Below are positions 24,727 to 35,047 of a stretch of 64,000 nt of DNA, in pieces. A program made the translations under genes and the position numbers. Numbering within the stretch: position 1 is the stretch's first letter; the number at the start of each line of letters is the position of its first letter. This stretch comes from Gordonia sp. (in: high G+C Gram-positive bacteria) (GTDB taxonomy: Bacteria; Actinomycetota; Actinomycetes; Mycobacteriales; Mycobacteriaceae): contig NZ_JASGER010000051.1 in the NCBI RefSeq assembly GCF_047606305.1, forward strand, positions 6,787-70,786. The letters run 5' to 3'. The notes beneath the pieces are model-generated. The model was given only the letters and a program-made list of their open reading frames with translations. It was not told the origin of the DNA and made no database searches.

Positions 24727-26563
24727 CCAGACCACCGCGGAGGCGGCCGAGGTCGACCTCACGAGCGCCGATATCGCCATCGGCGAGACCGGGATCCTGC
24801 GCACCTTCAACGAGGCGGGCGTCCTCACCTCCGCCGACGTCCGTGTCTCTCGACGACTCTCGGCGCTGTCCGACGAGACCGCCTCCGACGAGGTGCTGCT
24901 CGCCGCAGCGCTGGCGGTGCGGGCCGTGCGCAGCGGTTCGATCTGCGTCGGCCTCGACGACCTCTCCGCCCTCGACCCCGATCCGGAGCATCCGCTGCCG
25001 TGGCCGACCATCGAGGCCATGATCGCGGCGCTGCGCGAGAGCAGCCTGGTGGTCGGCGGACGCTTCGGCCCGCTGCGCCCGCTGGCGCTGGTGGAGTCCG
25101 ACGACGGTCCGCTGCTGTACCTGCGCAAGTACTTCGAGCAGGAGCAGGTGATCCGCGAGGTCCTGCGGCGGCGCGCGGCCACGCGCCCGACCGTGGACCT
25201 GACGACCGCGGCGGCGGCGATCACCGAGGTCTTCGGCGATCGGTCCGCCGAGTACGACCGACAGCGCACGGCCGCGGCACTGGCGGCGACGTCGTGGACG
25301 ACCGTCTTGGTCGGCGGACCGGGCACCGGCAAGACGCACACGGTGGCGCGGATCCTCGCGGTGCTCGAGCGCGTCCTGGGAGCCGATACGCGGATCGGGT
25401 TGTGCGCCCCTACCGGCCGGGCGGCCGCGCAACTGCAGGCGTCGATCAACCGGTACGACGGGCTGTCCGCGGCCCCGGTGGCGCATACCGTGCACGCCCT
25501 GTTGGGCATTTGGCGCGACGGCACGGTGAGGCACGGTCCGAACAATCGGCTGCCGTACGACGTGGTGGTCGTCGACGAGACCTCGATGTTGTCGGTGACC
25601 ACGATGAGCCAGCTGCTGCGCGCGCTGCGCGACGACGCGCGTCTGGTGTTGGTCGGCGACCCACACCAGTTGGTGTCGGTCGAGGCCGGCGCGGTGCTCA
25701 CCGACCTCACCGATCGCGCGCTGCGCTCGACCGCGTCCGCACCGCCGGGTTTCGAGGAGCTGGCAGATCTGGCGTCCTCGGACTTCAGCGCCGCCGAGCA
25801 GGCGCAGTTGGGCGACGGCGTGCTCACGCTCCGTCGAGGATTCCGCTACGGGTCGACGATCGCGACGGTCGCCGAGGCCGTCAACGCGGGCGACGCGGAC
25901 CGGGTCCTGGAACTCATCGAGTCCGACGGCGGCGAACACGTCGAACTGGTTCCGCCCGAGCACCTCGAAGAGGTTCGCGCGGACACGGTCGCCTGGCTGG
26001 CGAGCCTCCGCGGGGCGGCGGCGGCCGGCGATGCGAGGGCCGCCGCCGGCGAGCTCGAGTCGTATCGCGTGCTGTGCGCCCACCGCGACGGGAGATACGG
26101 CGTCGGATGGTGGGCGCGGATGATCGACTCGTGGCGCGACGGGGGTCGGCGCGGACAGTGGGCGGTCGGCGAGCCGCTGCTGGTGACTGCTTCTGACAAG
26201 CGGGTCGGGATCTACAACGGCGATACGGGTGTGGTGATCGCCGACGGTCGCGGGGGCGTCACGGTCGCCTTCGACAAGTACGGGGAGATCGTCGAACTGC
26301 ATCCGTCCCAGTTGGCCGACGCGATGCCGGCGGCCGCCATGACGATCCACCGCAGCCAGGGCAGTCAGTTCGACGTGGTGACGGTGGTGCTGCCGAATGC
26401 CGAGTCGGCGCTGTTGACGCGGGAGCTGCTCTACACGGCGATCACCCGGGCGCGCAGTCGCGTGCGGATCGTCGGGACACCGGAGTGGCTGCGCGCCGCC
26501 GTCGACCGTCGGGTCGCCCGTGCGAGCGGCCTGCGCGGCGAGGTTCAGGAGTTCGCGCCGTAG
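24719..26563 (+). CDS. recD: Exodeoxyribonuclease V alpha subunit
   Basis: GGPGTGKT, CAPTGRAA, VDETSM, GDPHQL, NGDTG, TIHRSQGSQF, YTAITRA. Confidence 0.96.
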   Translation: MTDQTTAEAAEVDLTSADIAIGETGILRTFNEAGVLTSADVRVSRRLSALSDETASDEVLLAAALAVRAVRSGSICVGLDDLSALDPDPEHPLPWPTIEAMIAALRESSLVVGGRFGPLRPLALVESDDGPLLYLRKYFEQEQVIREVLRRRAATRPTVDLTTAAAAITEVFGDRSAEYDRQRTAAALAATSWTTVLVGGPGTGKTHTVARILAVLERVLGADTRIGLCAPTGRAAAQLQASINRYDGLSAAPVAHTVHALLGIWRDGTVRHGPNNRLPYDVVVVDETSMLSVTTMSQLLRALRDDARLVLVGDPHQLVSVEAGAVLTDLTDRALRSTASAPPGFEELADLASSDFSAAEQAQLGDGVLTLRRGFRYGSTIATVAEAVNAGDADRVLELIESDGGEHVELVPPEHLEEVRADTVAWLASLRGAAAAGDARAAAGELESYRVLCAHRDGRYGVGWWARMIDSWRDGGRRGQWAVGEPLLVTASDKRVGIYNGDTGVVIADGRGGVTVAFDKYGEIVELHPSQLADAMPAAAMTIHRSQGSQFDVVTVVLPNAESALLTRELLYTAITRARSRVRIVGTPEWLRAAVDRRVARASGLRGEVQEFAP

Positions 26564-26600
26564 CCGGTGCTAGCGTTCTCTGCAGATGTAAGGGGAGGCG

Positions 26601-27329
26601 ATGACCTACTACGGCGGGGGAAACCCGGGGCCCGACGACGGCCGACACGGGCGACACCGGTCCCCGAACGCGGGCGGCCAGCCCGAATACCCGGGTGACT
26701 ACTCGGCGCCGCCGACGCGCGCCTACAGCGACTACCCCACCGCGGGCCAGGCGTACTCGTCGGGGCAGTTCCCCGATCTCGGTGCGGAAAGCGGCTATGA
26801 CCAGGACGTTTACGCCGAGCCGGAGCCGGAGGCCAGGGGCGCCGATGTTCGTCCGCCGCGGCATCCCGCGATCCTGGCCACGCTGGTCGGGGTGACGGTC
26901 TTCCTGGCGACGTCGATCGTGGCGATCACCCTGTGGGCGCTGAACGACAGCAACGCGCGCCGCTCGGAGAACTATGCGGCCGACCATCCGTCGACGACGA
27001 CCGTGACGGTGACGGAGACGACCACGAGTACCACGACGACGACGGCGCGCCCGTCGAAGACGAGGCCGTCCTCGGCCTATGAGAGCGAGGACCCCGACGG
27101 CGGCTCCGCCGCGACGGCCACCTCCGGGTGGTACGCCCAGTACGGGTCCTTCACCAGTCTGTCCAGCGCCCAGGAGCTGGCATCGCAGACCGACGCCGAG
27201 GTGTACCGCGGTGAGGAATTCGGCCAGCCGGGCCAATACATCGTCGCGCAACGGGAGTTCACCAAGTCCGGGGCGCGGGAGGCCTGCGACATCTCCGAGA
27301 AGGCGTGCGTCGTCAAGCAGGTCGAGTGA
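26601..27329 (+). CDS. Single-pass membrane protein with Thr-rich linker and SPOR-like C-terminus
   Basis: Pro/Tyr-rich N-terminus, TM helix, T-rich stalk, WYAQYGSF...AREAC...ACVVK; GGAGG RBS. Confidence 0.6.
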   Translation: MTYYGGGNPGPDDGRHGRHRSPNAGGQPEYPGDYSAPPTRAYSDYPTAGQAYSSGQFPDLGAESGYDQDVYAEPEPEARGADVRPPRHPAILATLVGVTVFLATSIVAITLWALNDSNARRSENYAADHPSTTTVTVTETTTSTTTTTARPSKTRPSSAYESEDPDGGSAATATSGWYAQYGSFTSLSSAQELASQTDAEVYRGEEFGQPGQYIVAQREFTKSGAREACDISEKACVVKQVE

Positions 27330-27344
27330 CCGTAGGCTGAGCCC

Positions 27345-28361
27345 ATGGCGAAACGACCGGATACGGCAGCACGATTGCTGGACGCCCACGTCGAGTTCGA
27401 GGTGGGCAGGCTGCTCGACCCGGCGGCGTTCGAGGCCACCGTCGTCGAGGAGGTCGATCACTTCCTGGCCCTGGCCGATCGTCTGACGCTCGGTGAGGCG
27501 ATTTCTGCCGAGCCGGTGAAGGCCGTGGCGCAGAAGTACGCGGTCCAGGTTCCCGTCGAAGGGGCCATCCCAGAGCTGGTCGGCGAGATCGCCCGGTCGC
27601 TCTACCGCAACAGTGTCAACGACGAATACCGCCTCACCGATGTCATCGACGACCGACAGTTCGACGAATTGGCCACCGCCGTCGGCGAACTCGGCGTGAC
27701 CAAGCGCGTCCTCAAACGGGTGCTGGAAGGGCCGGCGACCATCGACACCGCCGTCGAGGCGGTGACCCGCGCGGTGGACTCCGTTCTCGAGGAGCCCGAC
27801 GAGGGGCACGAGGCCGCCGACGTCGTGAGCTGGCTGCGCGACCGCACGGCATGGGGATTGCGCACCGCGGCGCGGCCGGTCCGGCCGGTCATCGACACCG
27901 CGGTGGAGAAGGCGACGCGCACGGGTGCGTCGTTCGTGCTGCGGAGCAACGAGGATGACGCCGACGAATTGTTGCTCGAGGCTGCGCGTGAAGCGTGGCG
28001 CGACCACCGCGACGAGTCGCTGAGCGCCTACCGCGACGTGGTGACCGAGGACGACGTCGACGACATCGTCGTGCTGATCTTCGAGTTCTGGCGGGAGTTC
28101 CGCAACACCGCGTTCCTCCGGGCGCTGATCGACGAGGCCATCGACTACGTCTTCGAGAAGTACGGCGACACCCCGCTGAGCGAATTGCTCGGCGAAGTCG
28201 GCGTCTTCCGGTCCGACCTCATCGAAGAAGGCCTGCGCTTCGGCCCGCCCGTGGTGGAGCGGTTGCACGCGGACGGCTTCGTCGAGTCCGTCATCCGGCG
28301 CCGGTTGGCAGCCTTCTACGACTCGGAGGAGTTCCGAGCCGCCCTCCGACGGTGGGGATGA
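27345..28361 (+). CDS. Conserved hypothetical, mainly helical acidic protein
   Basis: 338-aa ORF with coding-like codon bias; TAGGCT-N6-ATG leaderless start. Confidence 0.75.
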   Translation: MAKRPDTAARLLDAHVEFEVGRLLDPAAFEATVVEEVDHFLALADRLTLGEAISAEPVKAVAQKYAVQVPVEGAIPELVGEIARSLYRNSVNDEYRLTDVIDDRQFDELATAVGELGVTKRVLKRVLEGPATIDTAVEAVTRAVDSVLEEPDEGHEAADVVSWLRDRTAWGLRTAARPVRPVIDTAVEKATRTGASFVLRSNEDDADELLLEAAREAWRDHRDESLSAYRDVVTEDDVDDIVVLIFEFWREFRNTAFLRALIDEAIDYVFEKYGDTPLSELLGEVGVFRSDLIEEGLRFGPPVVERLHADGFVESVIRRRLAAFYDSEEFRAALRRWG

Positions 28362-28955
28362 TCACCCGGCGCGGTGGATCACCGCAGCCTTGGCGCTCTG
28401 GAACTCCTCGTCCGTGAGCAGCCCGCGCTGGTGAAGGTCGGCGAGCTTCACCAATTCGTCGGCGATGGTTTGTTCGGTCTGGGGCCCAGGTGGGGGAGTC
28501 TTCTTGACCAGGTCCACGCCGGACTGGTGGGCCGATGGCGGCGGCGCGGCGGTGTGGCCGGACGGACCGCCGGCGGGCGGGACCGGCGGGGCCATCCGCA
28601 CGGACTGCAACAGGTACGGATCGAGGAACGTGCGATCGTCGGACAGCACGATGCCGAAGTCGAGCAGGCCCGCATCGGTGGCGCAGATCAGATAGCTGAA
28701 GACCAGCCGCTTGTCATAGCTGTACTCGCGCAACGACCCGTGCCGGAATGAGAGTTCGACCGGGTGCTCGGCGCTCTTGGGCACCCCGAGGATGCGCTGG
28801 TCGGTAACGGCCAGGCCGAGGGTCAGCGGCTTCACCGAGGTGACGTCTGCCAGGGCGAGCAACTGCTCGCCGGGTGCGAGCAGCCGGTTCATGATGGCGA
28901 TGCAGCGGGCAGCCTTCGACTGGCTGAGCATCTTCGACACTGCCGGTTGTGTCAT
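28362..28955 (-). CDS. SHOCT-domain protein with PH-like N-terminus
   Basis: C-terminal IADELVKLADLHQRGLLTDEEFQSAKA; LAVTDQRIL beta motif; Pro-rich linker. Confidence 0.78.
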   Translation of the reverse strand: MTQPAVSKMLSQSKAARCIAIMNRLLAPGEQLLALADVTSVKPLTLGLAVTDQRILGVPKSAEHPVELSFRHGSLREYSYDKRLVFSYLICATDAGLLDFGIVLSDDRTFLDPYLLQSVRMAPPVPPAGGPSGHTAAPPPSAHQSGVDLVKKTPPPGPQTEQTIADELVKLADLHQRGLLTDEEFQSAKAAVIHRAG

Positions 28956-28975
28956 CGGTTCGACTCCCGGACCCG

Positions 28976-29629
28976 TCAGCCCAGCCGCGTGCGCGCGAAC
29001 TCGGTGCGCGACAACGTGAATCCGTAGTCCTGCGGGCCGCGGCAGTACAGTGCCTCCGTCGACGAGTAGCAGGTGAACTGCGCCCCCGACACCGTGATCG
29101 AGAGGGATTCGCCGTAGCCGAGGACCGGCCCGGGATCGCGCCACACGCCCTGCAGGATCGTCGAGCACGGCGGGCTGGCGTAGTTGAACCAACCGACGAT
29201 GCGCACCGGTCTCTCGGCGCCCTCGTACAGTCCGCAGCGGGACTCTTCGGGGGAGTCGTCGGGGCCGTCGTGGATCTCACAGATGAATTCCGTGCCGGCG
29301 AAGCAGGCGATGTTGCCGCTCGGAACGGAGAAGGCGTAGGTCGCGACGCTGGTCGGCGGCGACAACAGGTATCGCGATGCGTCCACGGCGCCATACGCTC
29401 CGGGGCCGTCGGGCGGAAAGGCGCCCGGCGCCGGGGTCGGCACCGTCTGCTGCGCGGTCGTCGTCGGTTGCAGCGTCGTCGTCACCGTGGTGGTGACGCG
29501 CGCCTTGGGGTCCGGCTCCGCCTGGCCGAAGGTGATCCGGTCGCACGCGCCCAGGGCCAGGGCGGACAGCGACACCAACGCGGCGACGGCGAGCGACGTG
29601 CGGCGCACGAATCGAGCGGGACTGGTCAT
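28976..29629 (-). CDS. Putative lipoprotein (LppI-like, Cys-containing ectodomain)
   Basis: Signal peptide with lipobox LALGA-C, Thr/Pro linker, FSVPSGNIAC, FTCYSSTEALYC. Confidence 0.72.
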   Translation of the reverse strand: MTSPARFVRRTSLAVAALVSLSALALGACDRITFGQAEPDPKARVTTTVTTTLQPTTTAQQTVPTPAPGAFPPDGPGAYGAVDASRYLLSPPTSVATYAFSVPSGNIACFAGTEFICEIHDGPDDSPEESRCGLYEGAERPVRIVGWFNYASPPCSTILQGVWRDPGPVLGYGESLSITVSGAQFTCYSSTEALYCRGPQDYGFTLSRTEFARTRLG

Positions 29630-30762
29630 CGGTCCTCCCCGGAGGCGGTCGGCAGCCTGGTCAATGCATGACTGCGCAGGTTGAGGGGTTCGCATCCGTC
29701 GTCGGTCACGACGACGATGTCTTCGATCCGGGCTCCCCAGTCCCCGTCGAAATAGACGCCCGGCTCCACGCTGAACGCCATGCCCGGCGCCAACACCACG
29801 TCGTTGCCGGCGACGATGTACGGCTCCTCGTGGACCGAGAGCCCGATTCCGTGGCCGGTGCGGTGGATGAAGTGGTCGGCGAGCCCGGCCGCGGCGAGAT
29901 GGTCGCGAGCGGCGGCGTCGACGGACTCCGCGGTCACCCCCGGGCGCACCGCCGCGACGGCCGCCGCTTGGGCTTCCTCCAGCACGGCGTAGGCGCGCGC
30001 CACGTCGGCCCGCGGCTCGGTGAAGCAGTACGTGCGCGTCGAGTCGGAGTTGTAGCCCGGCTCGACCGGGCCGCCGATGTCGATCACCACGACATCGGAC
30101 TCGGTGATGACGCGGTCGGAGTGTTCGTGATGCGGGTCGGCGCCGTTCGGCCCGGATCCCACGATGACGAAGGCGGCCTCGGTGTGCCCCTCGGCGACGA
30201 TGGCCGCGGCGATATCGGCCGCTACTGCGGCCTCGGTGCGTCCCGGGCGCAGCCATTCGCCCATGCGCGCATGCACCCGATCGATCGCGGCGCCGGCACG
30301 GCGGAGCGCGGCGATCTCGTCGTCGTCTTTGATCATCCGCAACTCGCGCAGGATGTCGGTGGCCAGGAGCGGTCGGGTTTCGGTCGCCGTCATGAGGGGC
30401 ACGAGGTGGCCCGCCGGCATCGAATCGGACACCGCGACCTGCGGATTGCCCGGCAGGTGCTGCAGGGCCAATGCGTAGGGATCCTCTCCGTCGACCCACG
30501 GGACGGTGGTCAGGCCGAGTTCCGTTGCGGCGGACTCGCCGAAGGAGGCCACCTCCAGGCGCGGCACCACCAGGACCGGCCCGCCGGTGGCCGGGACGAC
30601 GAGCGCACTGAGGCGCTCGAAGGTCTGCGCGGTCGATCCGATCAGGTAGGTGAGGTCGGGTCCGGGCGTGATGATCAGCGCGTCGACACCCGATGCATCG
30701 GCCAATTCCGCCGCGCGGGCGAGGCGGTGCCGATAGACGGCGGTGGGGAAGCGGGAGGCCAT
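29626..30762 (-). CDS. pepE: M24-family Xaa-Pro dipeptidase
   Basis: IDIGG, SDSTRT, HRTGHGIG, VHEEPY, VEPG, RIED metal ligands. Confidence 0.9.
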   Translation of the reverse strand: MASRFPTAVYRHRLARAAELADASGVDALIITPGPDLTYLIGSTAQTFERLSALVVPATGGPVLVVPRLEVASFGESAATELGLTTVPWVDGEDPYALALQHLPGNPQVAVSDSMPAGHLVPLMTATETRPLLATDILRELRMIKDDDEIAALRRAGAAIDRVHARMGEWLRPGRTEAAVAADIAAAIVAEGHTEAAFVIVGSGPNGADPHHEHSDRVITESDVVVIDIGGPVEPGYNSDSTRTYCFTEPRADVARAYAVLEEAQAAAVAAVRPGVTAESVDAAARDHLAAAGLADHFIHRTGHGIGLSVHEEPYIVAGNDVVLAPGMAFSVEPGVYFDGDWGARIEDIVVVTDDGCEPLNLRSHALTRLPTASGEDR

Positions 30763-30772
30763 ATCGGCAACC

Positions 30773-31192
30773 CTAGTCGGGGCGGGCCACAGGACGGCCG
30801 AGCAAACCGCCCGAACCCATCACCCGGTCCACCGGGATCTCGATGACGACGCGTCGAGGGTTGGGCTTCGGTTCCCGGTAGCGCTGTCCGTATCGGTGCT
30901 CGGCGTCACGAATCCGCGCCGGGTCGCGCGACACGCGCACCGGTCCTTCCAGGGTCAGCCACCGCGGACCGTCGACGTGGGTGACGGCGGCGCGGGGTCC
31001 GCGCTCGGCGTTGCGGACCTTCTGGCTGCCGTCGAAGGTGATCACCCGGACGAGCCTCTCGTCGGGGTCGTAGGTGAAGCCGACGGCCACGACGTGGGGC
31101 GACCCGTCGGCCCGCGTCGTCGCGAGGGTGGCGAGGTGTCGCTCGGTCAGAAAGGAGAGTGCTTCGTCGGTCAGGTCCTCGGGTCCGCTCAC
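30773..31192 (-). CDS. PPOX-class F420-dependent reductase (Rv2074-like)
   Basis: [45 protein letters not shown]; TACCGT-N7-GTG. Confidence 0.88.
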   Translation of the reverse strand: MSGPEDLTDEALSFLTERHLATLATTRADGSPHVVAVGFTYDPDERLVRVITFDGSQKVRNAERGPRAAVTHVDGPRWLTLEGPVRVSRDPARIRDAEHRYGQRYREPKPNPRRVVIEIPVDRVMGSGGLLGRPVARPD

Positions 31193-31229
31193 GGCGTCCA
31201 CGGTAGTCGCGGATGCGATACTGGCCCCC

Positions 31230-31988
31230 ATGACACCCGAGCCCGGATCGATCCTGCTCTTCGGCGGCCGAAGCGAGATAGGCATGGCCATCGCGACCAG
31301 GATGGCCGCCGGTCGACCGGTAGTCCTCGCCGCGCGGCGCTCCACCGACCTCGCCGACCAGGTGTCGGCCCTGACGGCGGCCGGAGCGACGGCGGTTTCG
31401 TGTGTCGAGTTCGATGCACAGGACACCGACTCGCATCCCGCGCTCGTCGACGAGCTCACGGCGCGCGGACCGGTGGAAGCGGCGATCGTCGCCTTCGGCA
31501 TCCTCGGGGACGCCGCCCGTGCGGAGCGGGACGTCGAGCACGCCTTGCACATCGCGAATGTCGACTACCTGGCCCAGATCTCGATCCTCACCCTGCTCGC
31601 GAACAAGCTGCGGGAGCAGGGCAGCGGCACGATCGTGGTGTTCTCCTCGATCGCCGGCCAGCGCGTGCGACGCGCCAACTATGTCTACGGTTCGACGAAG
31701 GCCGGGCTCGACGGCTTCGCGTCGGGCCTCTCCGACGCCCTGCACGACAGCGGGGTGCGCGTCTTGCTGGTGCGGTCGGGTTTCGTCATCGGCCAGATGA
31801 CCAAGGAGCTGATGGACAGTGGTGTGAAGCCCGCGCCGATGTCCAAGACCGCCGACCAGGTCGCCGATGCCGTGGTCCGGGCCTACCGCCGCGGCAAGAC
31901 GGTCGTGTGGGTGCCCTGGGCGATCCGGCCGACGGCCTTCGTCTTTCGCCTGCTGCCGCGCCCGATCTGGCGTCGGATGCCGCGCTAG
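31230..31988 (+). CDS. Short-chain dehydrogenase (Rv2073c-like, DprE2 paralogue family)
   Basis: [23 protein letters not shown] (YxxxK); divergent from Rv2074-like gene. Confidence 0.85.
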   Translation: MTPEPGSILLFGGRSEIGMAIATRMAAGRPVVLAARRSTDLADQVSALTAAGATAVSCVEFDAQDTDSHPALVDELTARGPVEAAIVAFGILGDAARAERDVEHALHIANVDYLAQISILTLLANKLREQGSGTIVVFSSIAGQRVRRANYVYGSTKAGLDGFASGLSDALHDSGVRVLLVRSGFVIGQMTKELMDSGVKPAPMSKTADQVADAVVRAYRRGKTVVWVPWAIRPTAFVFRLLPRPIWRRMPR

Positions 31989-32812
31989 GAGCCGATCCGA
32001 TCCAGGATCGCCGTCGCGATCTCGTCCGGGCGCTCCTCGGGCAACCAGTGCGATGCGCCGTTGATCTCGACGAACCTGAACGGACCGTCGACGAACTTCA
32101 CCGAGTCGGCCGCTTGGGCTCGGCCGAGTGCGGCGTCGTGGTCGCTCCACACCACCGTCGTCGGCGCCGCGATCCGGCCGACGTAGGTCGGTGGCGCAAA
32201 GGGGAGGCCGCGGTACCAGGCGAGGCCGCCGGGAAGGGCGCCGTAGTCGACGATGTCGCGGCGGAAGGCATCGACCATCTCGTCGGTCATGCCGAAGCCC
32301 TTCATGCCACGCCGAGACTGCTTGGTGTCCGCGGACAGGATGCGCTCGGGCAGTACCGGCGTCTGGAAGGCGAACATGTACCAGGACCGCAGCACCTGCC
32401 CCTTGATCGTCGATCGTAGGAACGCCGCCGGGTGGCCGACCGACACCGCAGTCAGTGACGTGACCTTGTCGGGGTGCGCGGCGGCGACCGCCCACGCGAC
32501 GATGGCGCCCCAATCGTGGCCGACGAGGTGCACGGGTCGACCGATCTCGTCGATGAGCGCAGCGACGTCGTCGGCGAGCCGGGGCACCGTGTACTGCTTG
32601 CGTCCCTTCGGGCGTGCACCGGGCGAATACCCGCGCTGATCGGGTGCGATCGTCCGGTAACCCTTGTCGTGAAGGAGGGGTGCGACCTTGTCCCACGCCG
32701 TCGCGCGCTGTGGGAAGCCGTGGAGCAGGACCACGGGTTCGCCGTCGGCGGGACCGGAATCGATGACGTCGAAGGTCAGTCCGTCGTTGCTGAACGTGGT
32801 GATGGGGGGCAC
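31985..32812 (-). CDS. Alpha/beta hydrolase (epoxide-hydrolase-like)
   Basis: LLHGFP, DQRGY, GHDWGA, SHWLPEE. Confidence 0.9.
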   Translation of the reverse strand: MPPITTFSNDGLTFDVIDSGPADGEPVVLLHGFPQRATAWDKVAPLLHDKGYRTIAPDQRGYSPGARPKGRKQYTVPRLADDVAALIDEIGRPVHLVGHDWGAIVAWAVAAAHPDKVTSLTAVSVGHPAAFLRSTIKGQVLRSWYMFAFQTPVLPERILSADTKQSRRGMKGFGMTDEMVDAFRRDIVDYGALPGGLAWYRGLPFAPPTYVGRIAAPTTVVWSDHDAALGRAQAADSVKFVDGPFRFVEINGASHWLPEERPDEIATAILDRIGS

Positions 32813-32889
32813 GGTTGTCCAAACTAGTCGTTGTCGGGAGCAAAACGGGCCGCTACGACGTTGATAGGGCAGATGGAAGGAAGTTTCCC

Positions 32890-33369
32890 ATGAGGATTCG
32901 TTGGATCCTGCTGCTGTACGCGGTGATCGAGGTCGCCGCGTTCGCCGGACTGATCGCCTGGCTCGGCGTCGGTTGGGCGCTGCTGATCACGCTGGCCACC
33001 GCTGTCGGCGGTTACCTGTTCCTGGCGGCGCGGGGACGTCGGGTCGTGTCCGACCTCCGTCGCGCAGCCCGCAACGAGATCCGTCCGACCGAGCCGCTGC
33101 CCGACACGGCGCTGCTCGGTCTGTCGTCGGTGTTGGTGATCCTGCCCGGCATCGTGAGCACCGCGCTCGGCGTGATCCTCATGGCCGGTCCCACCCGCCG
33201 TGCGGCGCGCCCGCTGGTCACGGCGTTCGGGGCCAAGCGCTTCGCCGGACTCGTCACCGCGCTCAGTGCGCGCACGGTCATCCTCGACGGGGACGTGATC
33301 GACGGCGAGGTCGTCGACGTCCCCTCCGAGGTGCCCGGCCGAGCGCACCAACTGCCTCCCGCGCACTGA
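32890..33369 (+). CDS. fxsA: FxsA-family membrane protein
   Basis: YAVIEVAAF, LVILPGIVSTALG, VIDGEVV; syntenic with lnt/ppm1. Confidence 0.85.
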   Translation: MRIRWILLLYAVIEVAAFAGLIAWLGVGWALLITLATAVGGYLFLAARGRRVVSDLRRAARNEIRPTEPLPDTALLGLSSVLVILPGIVSTALGVILMAGPTRRAARPLVTAFGAKRFAGLVTALSARTVILDGDVIDGEVVDVPSEVPGRAHQLPPAH

Positions 33370-33400
33370 TCCGGGCCGCCGACACGGCAGACTATTCGTC

Positions 33401-35047
33401 ATGTCGACGCAACTGCTCGTGGGCGGCAGTATCCACACGCCGGCCAACCCGGAGGCGACCGCGATGGCCGTCACCGACGGCACGGTGGTCTGGGTCGGCT
33501 ATGACGAGGTCGGAAAGAGCCTGCACCCCGATGCCGAGATCATCGACCTGGACGGCCGATTCGTCGGGCCCGGGTTCGTCGATTCCCATGTCCACCTGAC
33601 GGCCACCGGCCTGGCGCGCACCGGCCTGGACCTGTCCGGTGCGGTGAACCGCGACGACGTCCTGGCACGGCTGAGCGCCCACGCCGCCACCCGGCCGGCC
33701 GACGAGGCGATCTGGGGTCGTGGCTGGGACGAGTCGACGTGGGTGGCGATGGATGCCGAGGGGCGCCGACCGCCGACCGTCGCGGAGATCGACGCGGCCG
33801 TGGGTGGACGTCCGGCCTATCTGGTCCGCGTCGACGAACACTCGGCCCTCGCGTCGAGTGCCCTGCGCGCCGGCGCACCCGACCTGAACGGGATGGCCGG
33901 GTTCTCTGCGCACGGCCCGCTCACCGGCCAGGCGCACCACGCGGTTCGTCGGGTCGCGCAGTCGGCGCTGTCCGCAACGCAACGGGCCGACGCACGCCGA
34001 CTGGCCCTGGACGAGATCGCGGCACTCGGCATCGTCTCGGTCCACGAGAACGGTGGGCCCGACATCGCCGGTGCGGAGGATTTCCGCGAGGTGCTGGCCA
34101 CCGACACCGGTGTCGAGATCATCGGGCTGTGGGGGGAGACCGCGACGGGTGCCGACCACGCGACCGAGCTGCTGGCGGCCACTGGTGCGGCCGGCCTGGC
34201 CGGCGACCTGTTCGTCGACGGTGCGCTCGGGTCGCGCACTGCTTGGCTGACCGAGCCCTATGCCGACGCCCCCGACACCGCCGGCACCTCCTACCTCGAC
34301 GCCGAGGCGGTCTACACGCACCTGCGTGCGCTCACCGGCCTGCGCCGCCAGGGCGGGTTCCACGTCATCGGTGACGCGGCGATGGGTGCTGTCACCGAAG
34401 CGCTCGAGCGGTTGGCGGCAGAGGTCGGCACACCGGCCATCGCGGCCTGCGCCCACCGCGTCGAGCACGCCGAGATGGTGTCCACCGAGCAGATGGCGGT
34501 GTTGGGCCGCTGCGGGGTGATCGCCTCGATGCAGCCGGCCTTCGACGCTGCCTGGGGAGGCCCCGATGCGATGTACGCCCAGCGCCTGGGCCCGGCCCGC
34601 GCGGCGTCGATGAACGACTTCGCCGCGCTGGCCAAGGCCGGCGTGGCACTGGCCTTCTCGTCGGACTCCCCGGTCACCGCGATCTCGCCGTGGACGACGA
34701 TCGGCGCGGCGGTGGGCCACCACCGCTCAGAGTCGGCGGTGTCCGCCCGTGCGGCCTTCGGCGCGTGCACCAGAGGTGGCTGGCGCGCCGCCGGTCGCAA
34801 CGACGGTCTCAGCGGCATTCTGGTGCCCGGCGCACCGGCGAGCTACGCCGTCTTCGACGTCGACGACCTCGTCGTCGCCGGATCCGACGACAAGGTCCAG
34901 CGGTGGTCCACCGACCCGCGCTCGCGCGTCCCGGCGCTGCCCGACGTGTCGCCCGGTGCCCCGACGCCGGCATGTGTGCGGACCGTCCACCGAGGATCGG
35001 TGCTGTTCGACTCCGGTGACCTGCCCGCCCCTGCGGAGCGCGCATGA
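33401..35047 (+). CDS. Amidohydrolase_3-family metallo-hydrolase (Rv2052c-like)
   Basis: GFVDSHVH, FHVIGD, RVEHAE, SSDSP. Confidence 0.9.
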   Translation: MSTQLLVGGSIHTPANPEATAMAVTDGTVVWVGYDEVGKSLHPDAEIIDLDGRFVGPGFVDSHVHLTATGLARTGLDLSGAVNRDDVLARLSAHAATRPADEAIWGRGWDESTWVAMDAEGRRPPTVAEIDAAVGGRPAYLVRVDEHSALASSALRAGAPDLNGMAGFSAHGPLTGQAHHAVRRVAQSALSATQRADARRLALDEIAALGIVSVHENGGPDIAGAEDFREVLATDTGVEIIGLWGETATGADHATELLAATGAAGLAGDLFVDGALGSRTAWLTEPYADAPDTAGTSYLDAEAVYTHLRALTGLRRQGGFHVIGDAAMGAVTEALERLAAEVGTPAIAACAHRVEHAEMVSTEQMAVLGRCGVIASMQPAFDAAWGGPDAMYAQRLGPARAASMNDFAALAKAGVALAFSSDSPVTAISPWTTIGAAVGHHRSESAVSARAAFGACTRGGWRAAGRNDGLSGILVPGAPASYAVFDVDDLVVAGSDDKVQRWSTDPRSRVPALPDVSPGAPTPACVRTVHRGSVLFDSGDLPAPAERA

